DNA of 64,000 nucleotides from Chiloscyllium plagiosum (taxonomy: Eukaryota). The stretch is from contig NC_057719.1 in assembly GCF_004010195.1 (NCBI RefSeq), positions 73,929,657 to 73,993,656 on the forward strand, read 5' to 3'. Of the stretch, positions 51,016-64,000 are shown in pieces. The notes under the pieces are model-generated. The model was not told the origin of the DNA. It saw only the letters and a program-made list of their open reading frames with translations, and made no database searches. Position 1 is the stretch's first letter, and the number at the start of each line of letters is the position of its first letter. The position numbers were made by a program, and so were the translations under genes.

Positions 51016-53079
51016 TGTATTAACTTTTTATTTGTTAATTTGTTAGTCTTTACCTGGCATGCAATGTGAACTCTCACATCATTGGCATGTCCTCACTAAT
51101 TTCACATGGTCTGTAATTCAGTGCAGTCACTAGGAAAATATTTTCACTTGGTAATAGATGTTGCCCCAAACAAAGAATGTTAAAACTTGGCTGGTAATCA
51201 AACTGGCCATAGAAAGCCCAGCTTATATTTTTATTGTGCTATTTTTACAAAGTGTGAGTTCAGTCTTGTATGGAAAATTTACCAAGGTCACAGGTATTAA
51301 TACAGCAATACAAGGAATATAATTTAAATTAGCATTTAATTCTAAAGGTTGAAGTACCATCTTAAAATGCCATTTTGTCCAACAACACAGCAATTAATTC
51401 ATTAATTAATTAGAAATTAATTAAAACCAAAATATTCCTAGAGTGTGGCATCAGTGTTAGTAGTTTTCTTTTGAAAGTTTCCAAAATTGATGATCTTCTG
51501 TTTAATACAGATACAGGTTATTTAAAAATAAACCTTGCATGATCGCAATTAGATAATCCAACCATGTCCTACAAACATGCTTTGGATCTGTTTGTTGCAA
51601 TTCATTCTTTTAAAGCATTCTTCACTAGTGATTGGAATGAATTGCAAGACTAGAAAAAGTATCACCGCTTCAAACTGGTCGAAGGCCCAACTAGGATGAA
51701 TTCAGGAGATTATTCTTCATGAATCAACTTTTGGAATAGGCACCCACATAAAATAGGTAAGTCAGAATTGTTAGAATCAACAGCGACGTTTTGCTTTTAT
51801 GCAGTACCTTCAGTAATAGCACATACTGCAAGGTGCTTCACCAGGAACATTATCAAAAAAAATCTAATGCCTGTAAGAACCCGGGGCAGGTAAGTAGGTT
51901 TTAAGCAGGACCGTAAAGAGAGAGGAGCAAATATATGGAATTCAGAGCTTGGGGTCAGGATACCAATGATTGAATAATGCAAACAGGAGTTGCACAAGTG
52001 ACCAGAATTGGAGAAATACGGTCATCCTGGATCATTGTAGTACCGAAGGTGAAAGTTACTGAGATACAAAGGAGTTAGAACCAAATTCATATTACTCCTT
52101 CTTTAATTTTGGGCTGCTTTGGATACATGAGCTAATGTGGGTTGAATGACCTTTATTGTCTGTAATTGCCAGAGGTTGCACATGCTGGTGATAAATGGAA
52201 CCGATTTAGCCAACTTTCTCTGGGATTTGTTACAGTATATTCAATCTCCTAGTACTTTTGAGATCAATCATCAGTTTCAGTAATGTTTCTTGATGCTAAT
52301 TGAATCCTTTTTTCTCTCATGTTGTTCTTCATCTTACCATTAGTGATCCTGTCAGCTGATCTAGGTCTCCTTGGGCTTCAACTCTCCAATATCAAATATC
52401 ACTGGAAATAGATGGGTAACAAAACTTGTATTTGTACAGCAATCTATCCCAAGGAGTTTGTCAAGTGTTATCAAACAAAACTTGACACTAAGTCACATAA
52501 CACAAAAGTCAGATGGAAGATGTAATCTTTTTTTAAGGCCTTTCTTAAAAGAGCAGAGCTGGAGATGCTGAAGGGCTGTGTGGCTTATCAAACCAATGAT
52601 GTTACCTTGGTACAGGGGAGCCATTCATGCAGTGTGAGGGTGTTAGTTAATATCAATGTTTGAATAGCAGGGGGCATCATAATCCAGGGAATAAACAAGA
52701 GCAAGAGTCCAGTTGACTATGTTGCCTGCCCAGAGCCCAGGTTTGGGATGGCTGCTCTAGGTTGGGGGAGAAAAAATATTTGTTTGTGGAAGTGGGCTTT
52801 GGTTATTGCCCAGAGGGCAGTTAAAAGTGAACCACAGTGCAGTCAGTCTGGAGTCACAATTAGGGCAGACCAGGTAAGGATGACAGCGTTCCTTCTCGAA
52901 CGAACATCTGTGAAGCAGACCAAGGTTTTATGACGATTGACAGTGGTTATATGGTTACCAGTTGGCTGGCTTTAATTCCTTTAATTATTTTGGAAATAAT
53001 TCAAATGTTCTATCCAATATGAGATTGGAGCCCATCTTCCCAAGACATTAGCCTTAGATTCTGAATTACAAGTCCAGAT

Positions 53080-56000
53080 GAGTGACTCTGCCACTACATC
53101 TCCAACTTCCTCAAACTTGCAGAGGAACATGATGGATCCAGTGGTTATAATCCATGTAAGGATCAACATGTGTATGACCAGGAAAGAGGTTCCTTCAGGG
53201 AGCTTGAGTGGCAAAGACCTAACTCAAAAGACAACTCAAAGGTAATAATCTCTCTCATTACTTAAACCATGACTAATTTTGTATAGGTAAATGTGACTCG
53301 AGCTAAATGTATGGCTCAAAGATTGGCGAAGGAAAAATAAACTTGATTCATGAGGCATTGGTACTCATACTGGAGAAAACAAATTTGTGTACCATTGAAA
53401 TGGTCTTCACCTGAGAAAATGTTGGGGCCAATGGTCTAGCATGTCACATGACTAAGGTGGTAGAGGGGATTTTAAACTAAATCACACATGGAAGATGAAA
53501 GTGAGATAGCAATAAGGGAAGTGGTGATCAGAGCATGGCAGAAAGGTTCAATGTAGACAAACTTAAGCATTCACCAGACAATGTCAGGGATGGCAAAAAT
53601 GATTGGGGGTTGGTGGGGTGCTGGTGGGTGAGGAATGCTAGTGTACAGGCTCCACATCTGAATGCATGTAGCAATTATAACAAAACAGATGAATCGATAA
53701 CTCCAAAAAAAGCAAAGATGTAATGATTATCAAATTAAACAAAGATTTAGATACAAGATGTCAAAATCTAGGGCCTGAAAATTCAAGGTTGCATTACGGT
53801 TTGGAAAGATGGAAAGTTAGAAAAAGATAAAAATGCAGCTCTGTTAATGGTTTTTTTTTATTGGAGGGAGTCCCTACCCCTTATTCTTCTGGAATGTAGC
53901 AACCCTATCTCAACGGCATTCAGATCATTATTATTCACTTGAGTGGGCACCGTCTTGTAGATCTGCTTTTGACATTATTTGGACAAATTATATTGGCATA
54001 TGTAGCCTGGAAGAATACATTCACTGTTTTCAGGGTAGTTTCATAGAGCAGCATGTTCCAGAGCCAGCCAGAGAGCAAGTTATTTTAGATTACATAGTGT
54101 GGTTTTGGACAGGATTCATTAATGATCTGAGTAAAGGTGTCCTTGGGTAGTAGTGATCCTAATGTGCTTGAATTTTACATTTTATTTCAGAGAAGAGTGG
54201 GTCTAAGACCAGTGCTCAAACTTAAAGGTGACTTATAAAGACCATGCTGACTGAAGAGAACTGGGGAATTAGGTTAAGAAATAGATCATTAGAGATGTAG
54301 TGGCAGACATTTAAGGGACCTATTTCATAACCATCAAAGATACCATCCAGTGAAAAAGAGAGACCACATGTGAAGAACATCCTCTATGATGCCTAAAAGA
54401 AGATAGCATCTAATTCAAGGAAGTAGCATTCTGTGAGCCAAAGGTTTGGACAGAATATTAAAATAGAAGCACTAAATTATGAAATGAATAATGAGGAATA
54501 AGTTAGGGACTAAGTGAAAACTAGCTAGAGATATAAAAACAGCAAGAGTTTTTACCAGAATTTAAAAATGAAAGCAGTAACTAAAGCAAATGCTGGTTCT
54601 CTACAGAGAGCCTGAGTGATTATTGACAAATAATAAGGAAATAGAAGATTAATTGAGCAGATATTTTCGATCCCTCTCAGTGTAGACGGTATAGGGAACA
54701 TTTCAAAAATTAATCTGAATCAGGAGTCGAAACTTAATTACAATTGTCACAGAAAAGATATTAAAAGATTGTCAGAACTAAAAGCTGGCAATTCTCCAGT
54801 CCTGGTGGGTTTCAACTGAGAGTCTTCAAATAAATTGGTGCTGAGGTAAACCTGCATTGGCTTTATATTTTCCAAAATCCCCTCTCTACTGGGAAGAACC
54901 ATGAAGCTAGAAAATTAATGAATTGGACTCTTCCAAGGATGGAGGAAAATCCGGTGACTACAGGCCAGTTAACTTGACATCAGTCTTGGGAAAATGTTAG
55001 AAAATGTCATTGAAGTTGTAGTGGTACATTTTAGAAAATCTCAATGCAATCTGATAGTCAACACTTCTTTTTGCAAGCGAAATCATGTTTGGTTAAATTC
55101 TTATAGGAAGGTGAATATCTTGTACTTAGGTTTCCAGAAGGCATTTCACAAGATGCCACATCAAATGTTACAACACAAAATAAGAACTAGTGCTGTGGGG
55201 CAACATACTAATGTGGATAGTGGATTGGTTATCCAACAGGAAGTAGAGTAGGGGTAATAGGTAATTTTTGTGTTGGCAGTATTTAACAAGTGGCGCGCCA
55301 GGGGATTCAATGCTTGGCCACAACTATTTGCAATTTGACTAGGATGAAGGGACTGAATTTACGGTCTAAATTTTACTAATAATACAAAGGTGGTAAAATA
55401 AGTGGTGAGGATGATGTCACAATTCTGCAAAGGTATATGATATGTCAAGTGAATGGTCAAAAAAAATTTGCCAGATTCAATATTATATGGTATAATATGA
55501 ACTTGTCCACTTTAGTAAGAAAAATTTATGTATATTGTTTAAGTGGAGAGAGACTGCAGAAATTTGAGATACACTGGGATCGAAGTATCCTGGTACATGA
55601 ATTATGTTTTTTTTTGGAGTATTTAGGTAACAGCAACTAGATAGGATGACATGTGGAATGCTGTTTAGTATAAGAGGAAGGAAAGGCTAGGAGTTCTTTT
55701 TCTCTGGTGCATAGGAGGTTGAGAGGTGACCTTTAGCGGTTTATAAACTCATGAACGGTATAGATAGGGTTAATAGTAGGTATCATTTCCCTAGGATGGG
55801 GGGTTTCAAGACTAGAGGGCATATTTTTAAGGTGAGAGGAGAGAAATTTAAAAAAGGCATGCAGGGTAATTTTTTTTAAGAGGGTGTTTCGCATGTGGGA
55901 GAAACTTCGAGGAATTGGTGGATGTGGGCACAATTACAACATTTAAAAGGCACTCTAACAAATAGATAAATAGGAAAGGTTTGGAGGGATATCAGCCAGG

Positions 56001-57265
56001 AGCAGACAGGTAGAACTAGTTCAGTTTGGGATTATTTTTCGGCATGGACTGGTTGGATTGAAGGGTCTGTTTCCGTGCTGTATGATGCTAAGACAAAATA
56101 CTGCAGAAATTGGAAACCTGAAATAAAAGTAGATTGCGCTAGAGAGGCCTAACGGGTTGGTAGCATCTGTGAACGACCAACAGTTCGGAGAAGAATCATA
56201 TTGGATTTGAAGTGTTAACTCAACTCATCAGACCTGCTGAGTTTCTACAAAATGTTCTCCTCCTCTTATAAAACTAAGGATGTTTTGCACCAGTTGGAAA
56301 AAGTATAGATGAAGCTATATCTGGCACACTGTTTACAATTTTGCTCTCTTTGCATTCCATTAAAATCAGTTCTGAAAAAGTTCACTCTGCTTCCTGGAAT
56401 GAGGGTGTTATCCTTTTGAGGAAATATAAGACATACCATATCCACTGGTATTTAGGAGAGTGAAAGGTGATAGTGTTGAAACATATAGGATCCCTAGGGA
56501 ACTGACCCTCTGAAGAGTAACCCATCCAGACCCAATTCCCTCTGACTAATGCATCAAACATTATGGGAAATTTAGCACAGCCAATTCACCTGACTAGTGG
56601 GGTACTAGTAGGGATCAGTACTAGAACCCCAGCTAATCAAATACACATTTAATGATTTAGATGGAACTAAATGTAATATCCGCAAACTTGCGCAATGTTG
56701 GAAGGGTGACTGTGAGGGGGATGCAGAGTTTTGCAGTGTGATTTGGACAGGAAGTGAGTGGGCAAATGCATGACCGTTTAGTATCATGTGGGGAAATGTG
56801 AGGTTATCCACTCTGGCAGCAAAACTAGGAGAGTAGATTATTTGGTTGTAAGTTGAGAGGGGAAAATGTTCAATGAGACCTGGGTCTCCTTTTGCATCAG
56901 TTGCTGAAAGTAATCATGCAGATGCAGCAGGCAGCTATGAAGGCAAACTCTTGCCTTCATAGCGAGAGGATTCAAGTACAGCAGCAAGGATGTGTGTAGT
57001 TTTGGTCTCCTTATCTGAGGAAGGATGTTCTTCCTGTGGAGGAATTGAGCAGAAGTTTACCAACTTTATTCAGAGGGTGGTAGGGCTGACCTATAAGGAG
57101 CAATTGAGTTGATTAGGATTGTAATCACAGGGGTTTAGAAGATTGAAGCCGGGGGGGGGGGGGGAAGAAAGAAGAGGTCATAGAAGCTGATAAAATTCTA
57201 ACAAGACCAGACAGATTAGACGTGAGAAAGATGTTCCTGATGGAGCGGACTTTAGAACCAGGAGT
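53080..57265 (+). mobile_element. Long degenerate, nested CR1 LINE cluster
   Basis: DYRPVNLTSVLGKMLE, YLGFQKAFHKMPH, a younger CR1 3' end at ~55690-56090, and further RT fragments to 57265. Confidence 0.8.
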
Positions 57266-57914
57266 TATTGTTGCGTCGTGAATCACCTTGGGGCATGTAG
57301 TTCATGCTATGGGTACACTTGTTTAGTTGGACTTTCCTTGTAGCAAACTGGGGAGAAGTTTTTTAGACTTATGTACTTTGCATGAAGACATTTTCTGACT
57401 AAAGCAATTTATTTTATTTTGCTGTGATCTCTCCAGGTAAATTTAGAAAATAATCATTTCGCACAGTGTTTCCTTGGAAGCTCTTTTTAGCTGCGTGCTT
57501 GTAGAGTTTAACACAAACACTTTAGAATTAAATTTCTCAAAGATTTAAACTTTGCAATTACTAATCATTTGATAAATAATGAAGTTATCAGAAATGTCAG
57601 CAATAATGTTGTCGTGCTGAAGAGCTGAATATTGTGAAAGATTAGTGTTGTGTTTCGCTGTCAATAGACTTTTTAATAAATGGACTCATGGTATCATCAT
57701 TGTCTTAAAGCATGTGAAAGTCTCCTACTCCAGCTTACCTCCAATCACTGGAAGCATGGTGCTGTATTGGTAATATACTCCTTTTATTGAAAGCTGGCAA
57801 CTTGGTATTAGCCCAGACATTTGAGACTGAGAAATGTAATATTCATACATAATATATAGTTTTTACTAATGTCTGTCTGTTTAGACTCTTTATTATCATG
57901 ACCAGTAAGTTAAT

Positions 57915-58965
57915 ATTAGCAGTACCATTTTGCTAGTTGGAGTCATACTAGGTGCATAGGAAGATGGTTGTAGCTGTGGGTCAGTCATCTCCGCTCCAGT
58001 GTGTCTCTGCAGGGGCTCCTCAAGGTAGTGTCCTTGGCTCAATCATCTTCAACTGCTTCATCAATGACCTTCCCTCTATCATAGATCAGAAGTGAGAATG
58101 TTCACCAATAATTGTGCGATATTCAGCACCATTCGCGAATCCTCGGATACTGAAGCAGTCCATTTTTAAATACAAGATCTGGACAACGTCCAGGCTTGTG
58201 CTGACAAGCATCAAGTAACATTCACACCACGCACTATGCCAGGCTATGACCATCTCCAATAAGAGACAATCTAACCACTGCTCCTTGACCTTTAATGGTG
58301 TTACTCCCTCACTGAATCCCCTACTACCAACCTCCTGGGAGCTACCGTTGATCAGAAACTCAACTGTACTTGCCATATAAACATTGTGGGTACAAGAGCA
58401 AGTCAGAGGCAAAGAATATTGCTGCAAATATTTCACCACCTGACTCCCCAAAGCCTGTCCATAATCTTGAAGGCACAAGTGAGAAGTGAGATGAAATGCT
58501 CCCCACTTGGCTGGATGAGTGCAGCTCCCACCGCGTTGAAGCTTGATACCATCCAGGACAAAGCAGTCCACATCCACTCACTCCACAGCAGCCGCAATGA
58601 ATACTATCTACAAGATTCACTAATAAAGGATTTTTTTGTGAATAAAGTATGTTTTTGCAGCAAGAACAATTTCACCAAAGATCCTTGGACAGCACCTTCC
58701 AAACCCACAGCCACTTCCCACGCCCACCAGAAAGACAAGGGGATGGATTACATGGGAATAACACCACCTCCAAATTCGCTCCAAGCTTCTCACCATCCTG
58801 ATGTAGAAGTATATTGCTGTTCCTTCTCTGTCACTGGGTGAAAATCCATGAATTCCCTCAAGGGCACAGTGGGCCACCCTACAGCAGGGTGGACTACAGC
58901 GGTTCAAATAAACAGCTTGTCACCACCTCCCTTAAGGACAACTAAGGACTGGAAAAATATGCTAG
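57915..58965 (+). mobile_element. CR1/L2-clade LINE RT and 3' end
   Basis: GAPQGSVLGSIIFNCFINDLP at ~58010-58075. Confidence 0.85.
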
Positions 58966-61900
58966 CAAGCCACTTCCTGTGAGTGTTATGGAGCAAAATA
59001 AGCAAACACTCTCATTACTAGTTTAAAAGTCACTTTTTAAAAAAGAAACTTGTGTGCACATAGGGTTATATTTACTCCAAATCATCTCCTCCATGAATGT
59101 AGCAGAAACTACTCCTAATTGGAGTGTAGACTGTTGCATTATGGTCAAGTTATTTTCTCAATGATTGAATTCCTTGCATACTATGTTGCTGATTTCTCTG
59201 CTGGCTGGCCTTAATCCTGAAGATTTGATCATTTGAAATTTGCTTCTATTTACATATTTAATCTAGATTGAGGACCCAGTTAAACACTGATTTAACAATG
59301 GTTAATATTCATCTCCTCCCTTATATTTTTTTCTCTGCCTACTTACAGTATCTCATACCCTTTTGAGGAATACCCATTTCAATTTGCTCTCTGCCCCAGA
59401 GCAACCATTTCAAGGACTTTGTATTTCTCAGCCAGTCCCAGTAACTTCTCTCTTTTAGGAGATTTGGGTACTGACTTTCCAATAAATTCTTATCACTGGA
59501 AACATACATTCATTCACTTCCACCATTTCAAAATGTGTGGGTCTCCAGGTATGACCAAATCTGTTACCACTGGGTTTGGTGCTCCATGTGGGGTTGCTTG
59601 GGAGTAGGGGTTTGGCAGTTAACTTCATAGTGAACAAGTGGTGGATGCCATTTGCCTACATTTTAGCTCTCACTGTTGGGATATTGTGGTGTGATTCCGT
59701 TTGCTTTCACGCGAAGTTTCAGGGCTCCGGAAGCTTGCAATTTCAAGTAAACCTGTTGTACTATAACCTGGTGTTGTGACTTCTGACCTTTGCCACCCTA
59801 GTCTAACAACGGCACCCCCACATCAATACGACTTCATTTGGAAGGTTGGTTCCAGTTATAGTCAATGAAGATATACAAGACAAAGCTGGATTTATTGCCA
59901 GCTCTTTAACCACACGGAGCAAGGGAAGGCAGGGTTTAATCGTCCCAAACTCTAGGACAATACCTGGAATTGTTGAGATACTGCTATATTACAAAGCTCA
60001 CAGATGCAATATCTGGATCTCCAGCAGCAGCACCTGAGATGTTGCCTGTTTCGGGAATCTGAGTTGGTGCTGCCAACCCTACTGAGCACTGGGTGAAGAA
60101 TGCTGCCTTGTATTCTGAGGGAGTGCTGGTAGGCAAGTACTGGATTTGGATCTGCCCATTTTAAGTTGTATGCTGTGCTTGATGTCAGAGGCATGAAACT
60201 GAGGGGGCAGACTGGAGTAAACCAATGTAAAAGGTGCAGCTTGCAGAAATAACACTTTGCAGCCAAGGAGAAAAGAAGTGGCCCTGGGTTGCATAACAAG
60301 CAACAAGAAAAAGAAGGTCTTCGTTAACATTGTTGTGAATGAATAGACATTTGGACACAATTAAACATTTGTGCTCCTGTAAATCAGCTGAGTTTTGCTT
60401 TTGAACTGTCGATCACTTTATAAATAAAGTATATATTTATATATAAAACAAATCAAATTAAATTAATTTTAACAATCTACTGTATGATGTCATTTAGAAA
60501 ACTTCAAGTAGAACAGAATGCGTTGCCAAGTAGGCCATGAATTAAACAAAGACTAATTTATGGAACGATAAGGCTTCAGATGTTTATTATGAAAACCTTG
60601 TGTGACCAGACATAAAATGTGTAGACTTACCAATTATATTTCGGAGTATAATGCTGCATTATAATCATGGTTGTACTTTTTTTTAAAAAAACCCTGCTTT
60701 AAAGATCTATCTTTTTTCCATATGATCAACTTGGCAAAAGTACAGTGGGATTTCTTCATGACAGTGAATAACAGGATGCTATTGCATCTAATTTTTAAAA
60801 GAAACACGTGGGAAGGGAATTTACATCTGGAAGTATAAGCAGCAAATAGATTGTCATACCTCTACTTGTTTTAACATGGATCTGCAGTCATTTAATCCAC
60901 TGGCAGTGACAAATTGAAACCATATTTTCTGTACTTAAACATTTCGAATTGAGGTGAATTGTTTTGTCATGCTATTCTTGCTGTGTGTTCTTTTCCACCC
61001 TCCATAAATTTGAGCTCATCACAGATTCTGCTGTCCATATCTAAACTTGCACAAAGCCCAATCAACCCACTACCTAATGCTTGCTTATCTGCATTGGTTC
61101 CCAGACCCGCAAAAGCGTGGAACGCACTGCCTGCAACAGTCGTAGACCCGCCAACTTTCAGGGCATTTAAATGGTCATTGGATAGACATCCGGATGAAAA
61201 TGGTGGATCAGCTTCGGATTGATTTCACCGTTCGGTACAACATCGAGGGCCAAAGGGCTTGGACTGCGCTGAAGTGTTCTATATTCTAAAACCTCAGTTT
61301 TTAATATTTGCTGCTAATGCTTCAATACCACCATAACATTACTCCACTCCGTCTCTGAATTTATTCTGCAATAAAATTCCTGAAGCGGCCCTGTGTTCCA
61401 TTAACTCAGTCCTGTTGCACTCCACCAAATCATTTCTACGTACAATGGACAGCCATAGTGCAGCCTGCATTGCTAGGTCCTAAGCTAAGTCCCTCCGTTT
61501 TAAAGCTTTGCCTTTCCTTCTCAAAGATGATTCTTAAAGTCTAGCTGTTTACCATGTTTTTTTGTGCTACAGATAGATCTTTAATTGGTTCAGTATCATG
61601 TTGATTACACAATATGATTAAGGCTTGGAATATCTTACTACATTTAAGGGGAGACAAATTATTCTTAATAATCCACTTTGAGCTGTTGATTTAGAGTCTA
61701 GATTCTTCATTCTTCGAGGGTAGGGGAACATTTATTGTTCACTGAGCAAGCAATAGGGTCAGCTTTGAATTGACTTTCAGTGTTATCTTGTATTAATGTC
61801 TCCACCATGGACAAATAGGTACATGCTTGACTTAACCTCAAGGTATTTATGTAATCTGCAGAGTCTGCAGATTCAGTCTCACTGTTTATGAAGTTTTCAG

Positions 61901-64000
61901 GGGTAGGTATTTGTGTGCTGGGCAACAAAGACCATAAGATGCTGGAGCAAAAATAGGCCATTTAGCCTCTTGAGTCTGCTGTGCCATTCCGTGAGATCAT
62001 AGCTGACCTGATGATCCTCAACTCCACTTGCCTCCATCATCCCCATCACTCGTGATTTCTTTACTGAATAAAAATCTGTCTGTCAGCCCTGAATATACTT
62101 AATGACCCAGCCTTAACAGCCCTTGGTGGCAAAGAATTCCACAACAGCTCATTTCTTCAATGCACAAAATGTGGTAAAGATTCAATGACGCAGTAAGCCT
62201 CCGGTTTTAGAGAGATGCAATACACCAATGCTAAGCTACAATATTGACTGACTAGCCAAGGCAGAGTTCTGTGTCTGAAAGAGAACCTGGCTCCCTAGTG
62301 TCTAAATTTCAGATTTTATTGCTAGTGGAAGATTGATGGAAGGCTGGATCTTTGTTCACATTAGAAAATTGGAAATATTTTTATCTTTGGGTCTGTTGGG
62401 AAGTTTTTTAGAAATTTCACTTTTCATCAGTTGCAACCAGATGGGATTCAATGCAAATAACAGCATGAGCCTGCCCCCTTTTAATGTTCTTCTTAATCTG
62501 AAATGGGCAGCATTAAAAATGCTGAAGTTACCTTCCATCTATGCATAAAGTGTAGTATAGCACCAACTAGTCTCCCTCAACTTCTTCTTCGTTACAAAGA
62601 GTAAGGAATAGTCTTTGAAAATAAAACTGAACTTAAGTCGACTTGGGTTTCCCTTGTCTCCTTATTTCTTCAATTCATGTGACTGGCCCGTGAGCCTAAA
62701 TTGGGAAGGCCTATACCATACCAGAGCATTGCAGTCACTGTTAACATACTTTGTCTGGAGTTGTACTCTGGGACAGACTAATTTCTTCAAAATAAAAATG
62801 CATAGTCAGAATCAGAACACTGTTCACATTGTCTTAATAATTTGGTCCACTTTTATAATGTTATTTCCTGCAAATTTTAGGCTGTCTATTGTTAACTTTA
62901 ATTTTTTTTTTCTTACAAGAAAATGTCTTCGTTAAATAGCAGAAAGGACTTCGATTCAAATATTGTTCTTGCAATACAGTAGACAGCAACTGGCCAAGTC
63001 GATTGAAAAAGTGCAAGTTGCTAATTGTGTTGGTACATATGGTGCAAAGACAGCAGCTTTTAATGGATGTGTTGCCATTTCGCAGGGCACTTTCTCTCTC
63101 GCAGTCTTGTCACACGTTGGGTAAGGAGGTGGTGAAGTTCCAAATAAGTGCTAAATTGGCAAAGAGGCTGTGCTGCCAATCCAGTGTTATGCATTTATAG
63201 TTGTAGCATAATGCAGAATAACTTAAACCCCATTTTTGTGTCACATAATATAATTTGTATGAAATATTGATAAAATTGATCTTTTTGGCATTGATAACTG
63301 TCTGTTTAGTGATACACGGCTGAAATTCTGTGAAGATGAAAACAAGACCCACATTATATACCTGATGTTAATGAGAAACGCAGATTATTGGCTCCATAAC
63401 CTGTGGAGATACAAAGTGAGCACCATCTGACTGAAGTTTTTTAATGCTCACTGATCTTTCCTTTTCACCCTTCATCCCTTTTTTTAGATAATATTGTATG
63501 ATGCCAATATCTCGCTGTTTCATCATAATACAGACCATTAATGATCTTGAGTAATTTGGTGATGTTAATAGTCTCCCTCAGTTCAAGAAATAGCCATTTC
63601 CTTCAGAGGTCCGTGGACTGCTTGCTACTTTACAATAATGTCCAATGTACCTCGTTGGCTGTTAAGTACTTTTGTGACACCCTGAGAGCATGAAAGGTGC
63701 TAGAGAAGGCGTCTTTCTGTTGGGCAGCAAGCCAAGCAGTGATTTCTCTGAAACAAGTGAAAGGCACTAACTAACTTTTAACCTCTTTTTAAAAATTCAA
63801 TTTTTTTTCATCTTTGAAAAAAAATTTTCTCTACAAAGAAACATGCAAACTACACAGGGCTGACAGTCCAACACCCATAGCTTTTGTGATAATCCTGAAC
63901 ATTGCATTCAGCTTGTCACCATCTGCACGATTATGAACATCTGTTTGCTTTCAACAACAGATATGTCCACCACTATGAATTAATTTCTAATGTTATTCTA

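Noticed and set aside
63488..63560. Strong polypyrimidine-AG as a possible CRIM1-like exon 2
   Set aside because: The phase-1 reading hits TGA after four codons and shows no Cys pattern.

Overview
Repeat-rich vertebrate DNA, most likely from a shark (inferred from HE1/SacSINE-type tRNA-SINEs, CR1/HER1-type LINE 3' ends and Penelope-like elements). Two genes sit head-to-head around a GC-rich promoter at about 36.3-36.8 kb. (1) + strand: the first coding exon (36770-37091; signal peptide plus 12-Cys IGFBP domain, phase-1 donor) of a CRIM1-like gene. No exon 2 is recognisable in the remaining ~27 kb. (2) - strand, largely invisible in the ORF track: an apparently decayed ~11-exon ionotropic glutamate receptor (iGluR)-like gene spanning about 36300 to 3900. 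Its exon remnants appear in the correct order (signal peptide, ATD, S1, M1, M2/M3, S2, M4), mostly with splice sites, but carry many stops and frameshifts. It is a candidate unitary pseudogene of a divergent iGluR lineage. All protein alignments were done by eye against GluK2, GluA2, GluD and CRIM1 sequences recalled from memory and need confirmation by search. Repeat boundaries are approximate.
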